Counted from the stretch's first letter, positions 1 to 9,810 are shown. The stretch is 64,000 nt of DNA from an uncultured candidatus Brocadiaceae bacterium (GCA_964521715.1 CAZFSS010000002.1:151828-215827); one strand, 5' to 3'. Notes: generated by a model from the letters alone, not told the origin. Program-made: numbers and translations.

Positions 1-208
1 GCTCGCCCCCCTGCCAGCCGAACTTGATCTCGTTCGGCCCGAGGGCCAGGTACTGCTCACAGGCCGCCTCGAAGACGTCGGGCGTCATGCGCGGCCTGTC
101 AACGCCGGGGTAGAGCCGGCCTGCGGACCGGTAGTAGCAGTAGTCGCAGGCCATGTTGCAATCGTGGCCGGCGGGCTTGAACAGGATGCCCAGGTTCGGC
201 TTTCTCAT
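1..208 (-). CDS. Radical SAM protein (anSME/SPASM-like), N-terminal fragment running off the window edge
   Basis: The reverse complement of 1..208 starts with ATG at 208..206 and reads MRKPNLGILFKPAGHDCNMACDYCYY..., with the CX3CX2C radical-SAM cysteine motif (CNMACDYC) near the N-terminus, typical of anSME-like maturases. Confidence 0.5.
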   Translation of the reverse strand, partial: MRKPNLGILFKPAGHDCNMACDYCYYRSAGRLYPGVDRPRMTPDVFEAACEQYLALGPNEIKFGWQGGE

Positions 209-388
209 CGGATCTGGCGAACGATGTCGGAGGCTGGCGGCGCGTGCCGCGCCCTGCCCTCAAGTCCGGGAACCGGTCCCCCTGGTAACACGAGGCGGGC
301 CGCGCCTTCCCTCCCGAAGAGGCGTCCTGCCTCGACCTGTCGGGCGGCGAAACCGGCCGCAGCCGGGCGCGCGGATCGCAACGCGGCG

Positions 389-1180
389 CTACTTGTGCGC
401 GCCGATCTTCTGCAGGAGCGAGTTGATCTTGTCCCGCAGCCGGGCGGCCATCTCGTAGTTCTCCCTGCGGATGGCGATTTCCTGCTCGACCTTGAGGCTT
501 TGCAGCAGTTCCTCGTCATTGAGGGGAACGTTGTGCTTCTCTCTCAGGCTGCGGCGCAGGTCAACAAGGATCTGCCTCTCGGGGTTGTCGCCCCACTGGT
601 CTTCCAGCTCGTACTCGATGCAGAAGGCCTCCACGTCGCGGATGCCGCTGTTGAGCGCGTCCAGCGCCTTGCGCGTGTCGCCGCCGTGCAGGTGGAGCAG
701 CATCTCGGCGCGGGCGCGATCCACCACGAGGCTGGGACGGTAGCGATCGTAGTTGAAGATGATGGCTTCGTCGACGCAGCACTCGCGGATCAGCTTGAGG
801 ATCTTCAGATTGTGGAGTGCGTCGCTGAGGGCGCGGCGGTAATCGGCCAGGTAGAAGAGGGCGCGGCTGCGCCGGTAATAGTCGAAGAGCTCCTCGGCCA
901 GCTCCGAAACCAGTTCGGCGCCCAGCTCCGGGGACGATCCCTCCGACCCGTCCCCGGACGAAGTCGGATGCGCCAGCACGTAGATGCAGTAATCCAATAC
1001 GCTGGGGAAGCCGTGGGGCTTCGTGCCGTCGGGCCGGCCGTCGATCTCCCACTGGATCACGCCGCTGCGGATGCGCAACTGGATCTTCATCGTCCCGTCA
1101 ACGCCCATCACCTTGCGCACGTTGCGGGACTCGTCCCGATCCTCGTAAGGCCAGTCGCCGATGACTATAGACAGGTCCAT
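389..1180 (-). CDS. Hypothetical protein with C-terminal UvrB/UvrC-like (UVR) motif
   Basis: 263-aa ORF. Its C-terminus (EELLQSLKVEQEIAIRRENYEMAARLRDKI) fits the UVR helical hairpin motif. The overlapping + strand ORF 164..1300 is Ala/Arg-rich antisense noise. Confidence 0.5.
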   Translation of the reverse strand: MDLSIVIGDWPYEDRDESRNVRKVMGVDGTMKIQLRIRSGVIQWEIDGRPDGTKPHGFPSVLDYCIYVLAHPTSSGDGSEGSSPELGAELVSELAEELFDYYRRSRALFYLADYRRALSDALHNLKILKLIRECCVDEAIIFNYDRYRPSLVVDRARAEMLLHLHGGDTRKALDALNSGIRDVEAFCIEYELEDQWGDNPERQILVDLRRSLREKHNVPLNDEELLQSLKVEQEIAIRRENYEMAARLRDKINSLLQKIGAHK

Positions 1181-1236
1181 AGTCGGGTCGTTTGCGTGTT
1201 TTGGTTCGGCATCGAGCCGCGCACGCGCCGGACGGC

Positions 1237-1677
1237 TCAGCCGGATGGCGCCGCGTCCTCCTGCTTCCCTTCCGCCTGCCGTTCCGAAGACCGCACGTAG
1301 CGCATGCGCAGGTCAGTCAGCACATTCTGCATGTAAGAGGCTTCGTCGCCGCTCAGGTTCCCCTGAGTCTTCTGCTGAAGCATGGCGATGGTGTCGATCA
1401 AGTATCCGGCTTCGAGGGCGTCTCGCTGCTTCTTGCCGGTCAGCGGGCTCTCCACGTCGCCGAGCGCAACAAGGGTCTGCGTGTAGAGGCCCGCCAGGAG
1501 CACCTCGATGCTCGGCTCCGGAAGCGGGCGGCTTCGGCCCTCCCGGGCTCCGGTCGGTCGCTCGCGCTCCGGCTGCTCCGCCCGCAGCCTCGCCTTCTCA
1601 TCGGCGACGGCCTTCTTCCAGTCCTCGTCAACGTGAAGCTCGGAAGCGTTCTGCTGCTTCTCGTTGTCTTCCGCCAT
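1237..1677 (-). CDS. DUF1844-like hypothetical protein
   Basis: 146 aa with acidic N- and C-termini and a central LLAGLYTQTLVALG segment typical of DUF1844 small proteins. Confidence 0.45.
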   Translation of the reverse strand: MAEDNEKQQNASELHVDEDWKKAVADEKARLRAEQPERERPTGAREGRSRPLPEPSIEVLLAGLYTQTLVALGDVESPLTGKKQRDALEAGYLIDTIAMLQQKTQGNLSGDEASYMQNVLTDLRMRYVRSSERQAEGKQEDAAPSG

Positions 1678-1884
1678 CTGGGTTTCCCAGCAATTGCACC
1701 GCGGACGCCGATCGGCTCCACATCAACTTATTATAGGAGAACGATTCGCGCAGCGCATTTCAAGAGACTTTTCCTCCGGCCGCCCGGGAGCTGGACAGCA
1801 CGGACGGCATGCCTTAGCATACGGCGGGCCGGCGGGAGTTGGCCGGCAGGCAAGAGGGCCAGGCGGACGGAGGCGGGTGCGGCA

Positions 1885-2877
1885 ATGGTTCTATGGGCCG
1901 GAGTGGATGAGGCGGGTTACGGTCCGCGCCTGGGGCCGCTCGTGGTGGCGGGAACGGCCTTCGCCGTCCAGGAGCGTGTGCCGCCGCCGGACCTATGGGA
2001 CCTGCTCGCCGACGCCGTCGCCAAGAACGCCAGAGGCAGCGACGGACGGCTGGTCGTCAACGACAGCAAGAAGGTCTACTCCCCCGCCACCGGCCTGAAG
2101 CGGCTGGAGGAGGGAGTGCTGGCGTTCCTGGCCGTCAGCGAGGAGGCGCGCCGGCGGGCCGGGCGCATTCGCCGCACCGGGGACCTGTTCGCCTTACTGG
2201 AGGGCGAGGGCGCATCGCCCGGCGATCCGTCGCCGTGGTTCCGCCGCGCGGCCGATCTGGCCCTGCCCCTGGAGAGCAACCTCTCGGCGCTGAGAAGCAA
2301 GGCTTCCGTGCTGCGGCGGGCCCTCCGCAGCAGCGGGATCCGGATGCTTTCCGCACGCGCGGCCGTGGTCTTGCCCCTGGAGTTCAACCGCGTCGTCGCC
2401 CGCACGAGGAACAAGTCCCTCCTGCTCTTCCAGAAGTGCGGGCTGATCCTTCAGGAGCTCTGGCGGCGCGCCGGCCCGGGCCAGTCGCACGTGCTCGTGG
2501 ACAAGCACGGCGGAAGGGCGCGCTACAGGCGGCTGCTGCTGGACGTGTTCCCGGCCTGCCGCTGCGACGTCCTGGAGGAGGGTGCCGTGCGCTCCGCCTA
2601 CCGCATCGCCGACCCCGGCCGGTCGGACCGCACCCTCATCATCACCTTCCAGGAGAACGGCGAGGCGCATGCTCTGCCCACGGCGCTCGCCTCGATGACG
2701 GCGAAGTACGTGCGCGAGCTCTACATGCGGGCCTTCAACGCCTACTGGCAGGAGCGCATGGAAGGGCTCAGGCCGACGGCCGGCTACTCCGGCGACGCCG
2801 GGCGGTTCCTGAGCGACATTGCGCCGCTGCTGCGCGCCGAGGAGGTGCCGGTCGAGGCCCTGGTCAGGCGCCGCTAG
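1885..2877 (+). CDS. Ribonuclease HII-like protein with long C-terminal extension
   Basis: ATG at 1885. The N-terminus GVDEAGYGPRLGPLVVAG and a later NDSKKV match the RNase HII catalytic motifs (GxDEAGRGP ... DSKK). The protein is 330 aa, well beyond the usual ~200 aa. The upstream part of ORF 1192..2877 is antisense to the DUF1844 gene. Confidence 0.55.
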   Translation: MVLWAGVDEAGYGPRLGPLVVAGTAFAVQERVPPPDLWDLLADAVAKNARGSDGRLVVNDSKKVYSPATGLKRLEEGVLAFLAVSEEARRRAGRIRRTGDLFALLEGEGASPGDPSPWFRRAADLALPLESNLSALRSKASVLRRALRSSGIRMLSARAAVVLPLEFNRVVARTRNKSLLLFQKCGLILQELWRRAGPGQSHVLVDKHGGRARYRRLLLDVFPACRCDVLEEGAVRSAYRIADPGRSDRTLIITFQENGEAHALPTALASMTAKYVRELYMRAFNAYWQERMEGLRPTAGYSGDAGRFLSDIAPLLRAEEVPVEALVRRR

Positions 2878-2938
2878 CAGGCTGTCAGGCGAGTCGCCTT
2901 GCATTCTCGCAGCCACCGCTCGGCAGCGGCCGCGACCT

Positions 2939-2966
2939 GTAGGGGCACGGCGCGCCGTGCCCCTAC
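2939..2966. repeat. Perfect 28-bp GC-rich palindrome GTAGGGGCACGGCGCGCCGTGCCCCTAC (copy 1 of a dispersed element; terminator/REP-like)
   Basis: Read directly from the sequence. It lies in the intergenic gap after the RNase HII-like gene. The identical sequence recurs at 54663..54690 and a one-mismatch variant at 50919..50946. Confidence 0.8.
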
Positions 2967-3038
2967 GTATCAGTCCGCGCAGGGGACGGTGAAGCGGAGG
3001 CAGTGCCGGAGGACTGACGCCAGATACGGAGGATCGCC

Positions 3039-4019
3039 ATGTCACGCAAGGTCTGGGTAAGCACGACGGCCTTTCACTACTCGGGCGGCCCGACTGTGCA
3101 GGCCAACATCGACAAGGCCGCCCGCCTGATCGACCTCGCCGCCCTGAACCGGCCCGACATCGTCTGCCTGCCGGAGACGTTCGGCTACGTCAACGTCCCG
3201 CACGAGCGGGCCGAGCAGGTGGCCGAACCCATCCCCGGCCCCACCACCGAGATGGCCATCGACCGGGCGAGGAAGCACGGCACGAACGTGATCTGCCCCG
3301 TGCTCCAGAAACTCGACGGCCGGGTCTACAACTCCGCCGTCGTCATCGACCGCGATGGGCAGATCCTGGGAACCTACGACAAGCTGCACCCCGTGACCAC
3401 GAGCTTCGACTTCACGGAGTTCGAGAGCGGCGTCACGCCGGGCCGCGAGCCGAAGGTGTTCGACCTGGACTTCGGCCGGATCGGCATACTGATATGCTTT
3501 GACATCCAGTGCGCGTGCGAGTGGGCGCGGCTGGCCGAGATGGGCGCCGAGATCGTGTTCTGGGCCTCCGCCTACGACGGCGGGTTCCACTTGCGCGCCA
3601 TGGCCTGGGACTACCACTACTACGTGGTCTCCGCCGTGCTATCCTCGCACGCCGGCATCATCGACATGACGGGCGAGGTGCTCGCCCAGACCGAGTCCCC
3701 GCAGGCCGTCGTCGGCCGCGAGATCAACCTGGAGAAGAAGGCCTTCCACACCGATTTCAACGGGTCGCAGATACCGGCCATCCGCCAGAAGTACGGGCGC
3801 GACGTGACCATCCACCGTTACCACCAGGAAGGCGTCATGACGGTTGAGTCGAACCGGCCGGGCCTCACGATCAGGGACCTGATGGCCGAGTTCGACCTGG
3901 AGTCGATCCCCGACTACGTCGCCCGCCACGAGCGCGCGGAATCCTTCACTCGGGCGGGCAAGAAGCCGCCGGCCCAGCCGCCGCGGCGCGTCAAGGCTCA
4001 GTGGGCGTCGCCGGAATGA
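3039..4019 (+). CDS. Carbon-nitrogen hydrolase (nitrilase superfamily) family protein
   Basis: 326 aa with nitrilase-superfamily architecture (E...K...C triad context; ILICFD motif around the catalytic Cys). Confidence 0.8.
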   Translation: MSRKVWVSTTAFHYSGGPTVQANIDKAARLIDLAALNRPDIVCLPETFGYVNVPHERAEQVAEPIPGPTTEMAIDRARKHGTNVICPVLQKLDGRVYNSAVVIDRDGQILGTYDKLHPVTTSFDFTEFESGVTPGREPKVFDLDFGRIGILICFDIQCACEWARLAEMGAEIVFWASAYDGGFHLRAMAWDYHYYVVSAVLSSHAGIIDMTGEVLAQTESPQAVVGREINLEKKAFHTDFNGSQIPAIRQKYGRDVTIHRYHQEGVMTVESNRPGLTIRDLMAEFDLESIPDYVARHERAESFTRAGKKPPAQPPRRVKAQWASPE

Positions 4020-4127
4020 GCGGGTGCGGGGCCCGGCCAGGCGGACCGTGCGGGTCTGCGGCCGGCCTGGCCCGGCGTCAGGAATGCCGGCCTGCGCGCG
4101 GGCGGCGGACCGATCGCCTCAGGTTAC

Positions 4128-4784
4128 TCAGAACAGCCCGGGCGGCTGCGGCGGCCCTTCGGCCAGCGCTATCACGATGAGCCGCAGGTCGTGCCACGCC
4201 TGCCCCTTCTGTCCGGGCGAGCGCAGCAGATAGGCGGGATGGTAGGCCGGCAGGACCGGAATGCCGTTGTAGAAGTGCCACTTGCCCCGCAGGTCGCCCA
4301 TCGAGCGGTTGGTGTCGAGCAGCGCGTTGGAGGCGGGGCGGCCCAGCGCGCAGATGATCTTCGGCCGGACCAACTCGATCTGCCTGTGAAGATAGGGCAG
4401 GCACGCCTCCACTTCGTCGGCGCGGGGATCGCGGTTGTTGGGCGGGCGGCTCTTCAGGATGTTGGTGACGTAGACCTCCTCCCGCCCCAGCCCCATGGCG
4501 AAGACCATCCTGTCCAGGAGCTTGCCGGCGGGACCCACGAAGGGGATGCCCTGCGCGTCCTCCTCCCGCCCGGGCGCCTCCCCGACGAACATCAGGGCGG
4601 CGTTCGGGTCGCCGCGCGCGAAGACCCCCTGCGTCCTGCTCCGGTGCAGCGGGCACCGGGTGCAGCGCATGACCTCCTCTTCGACCTTGCGCAGCTCGGC
4701 GGACGGCCCCGGCGCCTTAAACAGGGCGTCCACGCCCATCATCTTCTCCAGTTCCAGCCGCTTCTTGAGCCGGTCGGGGCGCAT
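4128..4784 (-). CDS. udg: Uracil-DNA glycosylase, family 4
   Basis: The CTRCPL...VFARGDP...LMFVGEAPGREED...GIPFVGPAG motifs are diagnostic of family-4 UDG. Start placed at the internal Met (MRPDRLKK). The 5' ~20 codons of the ORF are uncertain. Confidence 0.8.
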   Translation of the reverse strand: MRPDRLKKRLELEKMMGVDALFKAPGPSAELRKVEEEVMRCTRCPLHRSRTQGVFARGDPNAALMFVGEAPGREEDAQGIPFVGPAGKLLDRMVFAMGLGREEVYVTNILKSRPPNNRDPRADEVEACLPYLHRQIELVRPKIICALGRPASNALLDTNRSMGDLRGKWHFYNGIPVLPAYHPAYLLRSPGQKGQAWHDLRLIVIALAEGPPQPPGLF

Positions 4785-4853
4785 CGGAACTCCGCATTCA
4801 GGCGTCCATCGCGCCATGGTATAGGGCGGCGGGCCGGCATGCAACGGGACGCA

Positions 4854-5834
4854 TCATCGCCCGAGCGCTGCGACTCGGGCGGCCACGTCGCCAACGGACG
4901 GCCAGGCGCCCCCGGGCGCCCGGACCACCTGTACCCTCGGCCCGCGCGGCGCCCACACGCAGGGATCCGTCGGGCCGAAGACCGCCACGGTCGGCGCGCC
5001 CAGGGCGGCGGCCAGATGGGAGACCCCGCTGTCGTTCCCCACGTAGCAGCCGCAGTGCGTCAGAAGCGCGGCCACCCGGCCCAGGTCCAGGCCGGCTGCC
5101 CTGGCCAGCGGCACGCGCAACGGCAGGCGGTCCGCCACTTCCCGGCAGGCCTGCTCGTCCGCCGGGCCTTCGATCAGCAGGATCGGCCTCTCAAGCAGCT
5201 CAGCCAGGCGGGCGAAACGCTCGGGCGGCCAGCACTTCCGCCGCCCCCCGCTTCCCGGATGGATTGCGACCGGCCTGCGGCCCGCAGCCGGGCTGCGGCC
5301 CGCAGGCAAACGCGATGCAAGCCACCGCCCGGCCCGCTCGCCTTCCTCGCGCGGCACGCGTACGTCGGGGAACGGCAGGGGCTCCGGGGCGGGATCCGCA
5401 ACGGCCCGGGCGAAGTGCACGGCCGCATGACCGGGTCCCGGCGGCCGGACGGGCCACGTCAACACGGGGCCGGGGCAGAGACGCCGCACGTTGCTCACCA
5501 GGGCCTCATCCGTGCCGGAGCTGTAGATCACCACGGCGTGCGCCTGCGCGAAGGCGCCCGTGGGGTCCTCAGCCGCGCCGGCGATGAACAGCGGCGTCAG
5601 CAGCGGGGAGTCGAACCGCACGACGCGGACGGGGAAGGCGAGCAACGGCGCGATCTGCTCCGCCCAGGCGGAACCGACCAGCGTGATCGCCGCACGCGGC
5701 GCTTCCCGCAGCATCACCTGGAGCGCGGGCACTGTCAGCAGCGTATCCCCCAGGCCGCCGGGCCTGACGATGGCAACACGCGCCTCCCCGCGCCGGGGCA
5801 AGCCCGCCGCCACTTCCTGCCGCAGCCGCATGGC
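4854..5834 (-). CDS. Glycosyltransferase family 9 (heptosyltransferase-like)
   Basis: GLGDTLLTVPAL near the N-terminus and GNDSGVSHLAAALGAPTVAVFGPTDP near the C-terminus match GT9 (RfaF/WaaC family). Start assumed at MRLRQ. Confidence 0.7.
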   Translation of the reverse strand, partial: AMRLRQEVAAGLPRRGEARVAIVRPGGLGDTLLTVPALQVMLREAPRAAITLVGSAWAEQIAPLLAFPVRVVRFDSPLLTPLFIAGAAEDPTGAFAQAHAVVIYSSGTDEALVSNVRRLCPGPVLTWPVRPPGPGHAAVHFARAVADPAPEPLPFPDVRVPREEGERAGRWLASRLPAGRSPAAGRRPVAIHPGSGGRRKCWPPERFARLAELLERPILLIEGPADEQACREVADRLPLRVPLARAAGLDLGRVAALLTHCGCYVGNDSGVSHLAAALGAPTVAVFGPTDPCVWAPRGPRVQVVRAPGGAWPSVGDVAARVAALGR

Positions 5835-5959
5835 GCCCTCCTTGCATTCCGGCGCTTCGCTCGCCCTCGGGCCGACGTGATGGGTTCTGCTGGAGGCTCC
5901 AAGAAAAGGAGCCACTTCCCACTGGGGGCGGTGGCTCCTGAGTCTGCGGGCTGTCAGCG

Positions 5960-6295
5960 CTATTGCCCGTAAGCGACCGTCGTGAACTTCGCGTAGATGC
6001 CCAGGATGTTCTCGAACCTGTAGTCCGCGTAGTGCACTTTGGTGATGCCGCCGTTGTGGGCGGCCTTCTGGATGCTGGCGTCGCCGATGGCGATCAGGCC
6101 CAGTATGTTCTCAGCCGTCGCTTCGCCGCGCTTCTCGGTGATCGGCGTCTGGTCGTAGTTCAGGCTGAGCGGGGCGTCAACCTGCGCGAATAGCATGCCG
6201 TGACCAGGCACAACGGGCGCCGCGTAGTACCCGGCGCAGCCGACCGACAGCCAGAGAACCCCACAGAGGCCGACAAGGCACGCATACCGTTTCAT
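5960..6295 (-). CDS. TRL-like family lipoprotein
   Basis: Signal peptide plus lipobox (LSVGC) and a C-terminal GDASIQKAAHNGGITKVHYADY pattern typical of the TRL-like domain. Start at MKRYACLVG. Confidence 0.55.
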   Translation of the reverse strand: MKRYACLVGLCGVLWLSVGCAGYYAAPVVPGHGMLFAQVDAPLSLNYDQTPITEKRGEATAENILGLIAIGDASIQKAAHNGGITKVHYADYRFENILGIYAKFTTVAYGQ

Positions 6296-6593
6296 CGCCG
6301 TTTCTCCTCCAAAGAGCTGTAATCCCCGCCTGCAAAGCCACAATCTCCTGCCGGGTCACGTCTGTCCGCCGTCGCCGATCACCTCCTTCCCCGGACCCCA
6401 GCAAAGCCGGCAAACTGTCCTTTTACACCGGGGGCACGCGAATGTCAAGCAGGTGACAGCGCACGCCCGGTTGCCCCGGGCGCGCTCCAACCGGCGCTTG
6501 CCGGCCCCTTTGAAAACGCGCCCCGCCTTGGGCTAGAATGTAAGCGCTGGGTTCTGGGATGCGCACATTTCTGCCAAGCTCGCAGGTATCCAG

Positions 6594-7199
6594 ATGGCAA
6601 CCGAACCGATTCCGGCCGGGCAAGAGGAGTACGAGGAAGAGGAGGAGCGGCCGCGCAAACACCTCTCGGAGCGGCTGCTGGAGTCGCGCATCATCCTGCT
6701 GAACGAGACCATAACCTCCGAGCTGACCGAGGACGTGACGGCCAGGCTCCTGATCCTGGAGGCCGAGGACGGCAAGGCGCCGATAGACGTCTACATCAAC
6801 TCGCCGGGCGGCGGGGTGGACGCGGGGTTCGCCATCTACGATATGGTTCGCTTCATCTCCGCCCCGGTGCGGTGCATATGCACGGGCCTGACCGCCAGCG
6901 CCGCCGTCCTCGTGCTGCTGGCGGCCCCAAAGAAGGCCCGACTGAGCCTGCCCAACGCGCGGTTCCTCATCCACCAACCCTCCGGAGGCGTGGGAGGAAC
7001 CACCGCGGACGTCCAGATCGAAGCCACCCAGATACTGAAGATACGGCAGCGCATAAACGCCCTGATAGCCGAAGAAACGGGCCAGCCCATTGAGAAGGTC
7101 GAAGAGGACACCCGCCGCAACTACTGGATGGACGCCGAGGAGGCCGTCGAGTACGGGCTGATCACTAAGATCGTCACTGCCAAAAAGGACCTCAAGTAA
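6594..7199 (+). CDS. clpP: ATP-dependent Clp protease proteolytic subunit
   Basis: The motifs IYINSPGG, TGLTASAAVLVLLAAP and FLIHQPSGG place the Ser-His-Asp residues in ClpP context. 201 aa. Confidence 0.9.
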   Translation: MATEPIPAGQEEYEEEEERPRKHLSERLLESRIILLNETITSELTEDVTARLLILEAEDGKAPIDVYINSPGGGVDAGFAIYDMVRFISAPVRCICTGLTASAAVLVLLAAPKKARLSLPNARFLIHQPSGGVGGTTADVQIEATQILKIRQRINALIAEETGQPIEKVEEDTRRNYWMDAEEAVEYGLITKIVTAKKDLK

Positions 7200-7302
7200 T
7201 CCGCGCCTGGCCGGGCGTGCGACGGCGCGACTGGTCGACAGTCATGCGGTTACGGATGCTCCGGCGGGGCCCGCGGAGGGCGCGGTGCAAGGAGGCCGTG
7301 AC

Positions 7303-9390
7303 ATGAGGGCATGCCGAACCAACGCAATGATCTGGGTGCTCGCCGGGCTGCTGCTGTGGGGCGCGGCCGCCGGAGCACAGGAACAGGCTCCCGCCGAACA
7401 GCCGCCCCAGCCGCCGCAGGAGCGCCCGGCCAGTTACTCCGTGCGCGAGCTCTCCCACGAGACCTACCAACTGGGCTGCATTGACATGCAGAGCTGCGTC
7501 CAGATCCTGGGCCAGCTCGGCTACAACACGAGCGCGCCCTCAGGGCAGGTCCAAATGGCTCAGTTGCCGGCCGTCTTCCCCATGCCCTCTGGCAGCCCGC
7601 AGAGCATCGTCGTCGACCTCGGCGACGTGTCCAAGACGAAACTCACAGGCGAGACCCTGTCCGCCCCCGAGAACCGGCTGATGATCCTCTACCACAGCAG
7701 CCAGAGCGAAGAGGTGGCGCAGCTGAAGGACCTGCTCGAGGACACAATCGACGTCCCGGAGCGCATGGTGCTGATCGAGGGCATGGTCATCGAGCTGACC
7801 GAAGACAGCCTGAAGGAACTGGGAGTCGAACTGCGGGCCTACGGCGGCGAGCTGCAATGGGGCCAGTTCGCCTCCGAGGTGGGGGGTACAGGGGAGAGCC
7901 AGGCCGCCCTATACCTCTTCCACAACCGGACCGACCTGGCCGCGCCCGCCGACCTGAGGCACCGCGTTGAGGCGACCATCCGCGCCGTCGTCCAGGAGGG
8001 AGGCGCAGAGGTGCTCTCCAGCCCCTCCGTCCTCGTCCTGAACAACCAGAACGCCAACATCCAGGTGACCAGGCAGTTGCCAGTGTTCAATACAGTCCTC
8101 ACCCAGACCACCACAAATGTCAACATAATATGGGAAACCGTCGGCATCATCATGAACATCAAGCCCCGGGTGAGCACTGACGATTCGAACATCGCCATGC
8201 AGATCCTGGTCGAGGTCAGCGAGTCGCCCGAGTTCATCACCGTGCTGACGGGCGAGCGGGAACAAGCGCTCGCGCCCCTGATCGAGCGCCGGGTGGTGCA
8301 GACCGTCGCGCGCGTGCAGGACAACACGCCCTTCATCATAGGCGGCCTGATCCGCAACGAGAAGGCGAAGTCCACCGACAGGATCCCCTTCCTCTCCCGC
8401 ATCCCCCTGCTGGGGAACCTCTTCCAGAGCAAGAGCGACCGGCGCGAGAAGCGGGAGGTCATCATCGTACTCACGCCGCGCGTCATCAAGACGGCCAGCT
8501 CTCACCGCCCCGTCCTGCCGAAGGACACGGACCAGTTCGACTTCCTGGACAGCCGCCTGTTCCGCAACTCCTACCGCCTGAAGGCCGAGGACATCTTCGA
8601 CCTGGCCTTCCTCGAGGAGAACCAGACGATACTGGACGCCATGGCCCGCGTGCGCGGGTTCGTGGTCAGGCACCCCGAGTACGCCAAGCGCTCCCCCTTC
8701 CGGGAGATGGCCCAGGGCAGCATACCGGGCGAGGACGCCATTGTGATCCGCATGATCTACGAGGTCGCCAAGAAGCTCGAGCTGCACGAGCGAATCAAGA
8801 CGGAGCGGATGATCGTCTTCCAGGCGGACCCCGACAAACCCGCCGGCTTCAGCGTCAAGTTCCTCAAGCGACTGCTCGAACAGAGCAGCCCTGACGGGAC
8901 GATCGCCGGCTACTTCGACCGGCCGTATCCGAAGGAAGTGCTCTTCTTCCGCTACCAGCTGCCCATGGGCGACGGCATGAAGGAGGTGCTCTGCTCCCCG
9001 GTGGCGCATCTGGAGCGCAGGCTGGTCCAGAACCAGGACGAGGTGCAGGAAGTCCTGCAGGAGATCAACCGGCTCTACGACGATTACACCTACCATGAGT
9101 TCGCGTTCGTCCTGGACACGGACGCCGATCTGGTGCGGCTCAAGGCGGCCGTGGCGCTGCGCGAGGTGGCCAAGGTGAACAACTTCGAAGACCTGCTGGT
9201 GCTGCGCAGTTTCCGCGTGGGCCGCAGGATCGCAATGCCCCAGATGGAGGAGACCGAGAGGATCTTCCTGGTTGACCACGAAGTGGCCGAATACTTCTTC
9301 AAGAGCGACTACTACTACGCCGCCTTGAAAGCAACGCTGGAGCAGGGCTATAAGATCGTCGAGCAGGCCCTGGCGACGGAGGGACAATGA
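7303..9390 (+). CDS. Secretin-family outer membrane protein (GspD/PilQ-like) with ~300-aa C-terminal extension
   Basis: AAGGAGG RBS at 7288-7294 then ATG at 7303. Signal peptide present. The secretin core signature IPFLSRIPLLGNLFQSKSDRREKREVIIVLTPRVI matches the canonical C-terminal secretin motif. About 300 residues follow the secretin domain. Confidence 0.75.
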   Translation: MRACRTNAMIWVLAGLLLWGAAAGAQEQAPAEQPPQPPQERPASYSVRELSHETYQLGCIDMQSCVQILGQLGYNTSAPSGQVQMAQLPAVFPMPSGSPQSIVVDLGDVSKTKLTGETLSAPENRLMILYHSSQSEEVAQLKDLLEDTIDVPERMVLIEGMVIELTEDSLKELGVELRAYGGELQWGQFASEVGGTGESQAALYLFHNRTDLAAPADLRHRVEATIRAVVQEGGAEVLSSPSVLVLNNQNANIQVTRQLPVFNTVLTQTTTNVNIIWETVGIIMNIKPRVSTDDSNIAMQILVEVSESPEFITVLTGEREQALAPLIERRVVQTVARVQDNTPFIIGGLIRNEKAKSTDRIPFLSRIPLLGNLFQSKSDRREKREVIIVLTPRVIKTASSHRPVLPKDTDQFDFLDSRLFRNSYRLKAEDIFDLAFLEENQTILDAMARVRGFVVRHPEYAKRSPFREMAQGSIPGEDAIVIRMIYEVAKKLELHERIKTERMIVFQADPDKPAGFSVKFLKRLLEQSSPDGTIAGYFDRPYPKEVLFFRYQLPMGDGMKEVLCSPVAHLERRLVQNQDEVQEVLQEINRLYDDYTYHEFAFVLDTDADLVRLKAAVALREVAKVNNFEDLLVLRSFRVGRRIAMPQMEETERIFLVDHEVAEYFFKSDYYYAALKATLEQGYKIVEQALATEGQ

Positions 9391-9704
9391 TGCGGGGCAG
9401 TTGGCTCGCCCTGTTGGCCGCGGCGCCATGCGCGATCCTGGGGTGTTCGGCGCAGTCGGCGTCCCCGGGCACGCAGCCAGCTATCGCCGAGCTGGATGAC
9501 TCCTTAGCGCGCCGGTCCCCGCTGGCCGGACTGGAAGCCGGCACGCCGGCCGAGGAAGTGCGGAACCTGCTCGGAGAGCCGGCCCTCGTGGAGGAGAAGC
9601 AAGAGGACGGAAATGCGGAGGTCTGGTACTACGATGGCGGAGTCGTAGTGATGCAGAAAGGCAAGGTCGCCTTCAGCTACTCGACGGCTGCCTCGCAACC
9701 GTGA
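9387..9704 (+). CDS. Small lipoprotein (candidate pilotin-like partner of the secretin)
   Basis: Its ATG overlaps the secretin stop (ATGA coupling). Signal peptide with lipobox (AILGCS). 105 aa. Confidence 0.5.
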   Translation: MMRGSWLALLAAAPCAILGCSAQSASPGTQPAIAELDDSLARRSPLAGLEAGTPAEEVRNLLGEPALVEEKQEDGNAEVWYYDGGVVVMQKGKVAFSYSTAASQP

Positions 9705-9810
9705 TCCGCGGACGGCGGCATCGGCCGTCCCGAAGGCGGACCGCCGACGCAACGTCGCATTCCCCCGCTCATTGACCCATCGGTCCAGGACCGGACAGGC
9801 TGCAGCAGCC

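Noticed and set aside
164-1300. 378-aa + strand ORF
   Set aside because: Ala/Arg/Gly-rich low-complexity translation antisense to the UVR-motif gene (389..1180 -). Typical high-GC antisense artefact.
4191-5972. 593-aa + strand ORF
   Set aside because: Antisense to the UDG and GT9 genes, which carry clear family motifs. Arg/Gly/Pro-rich composition.
7201-7230. Rho-independent terminator after clpP
   Set aside because: Only a weak GC stem (CGCGCC...GGCGCG) with a 16-nt loop and no U-tract. Not convincing.
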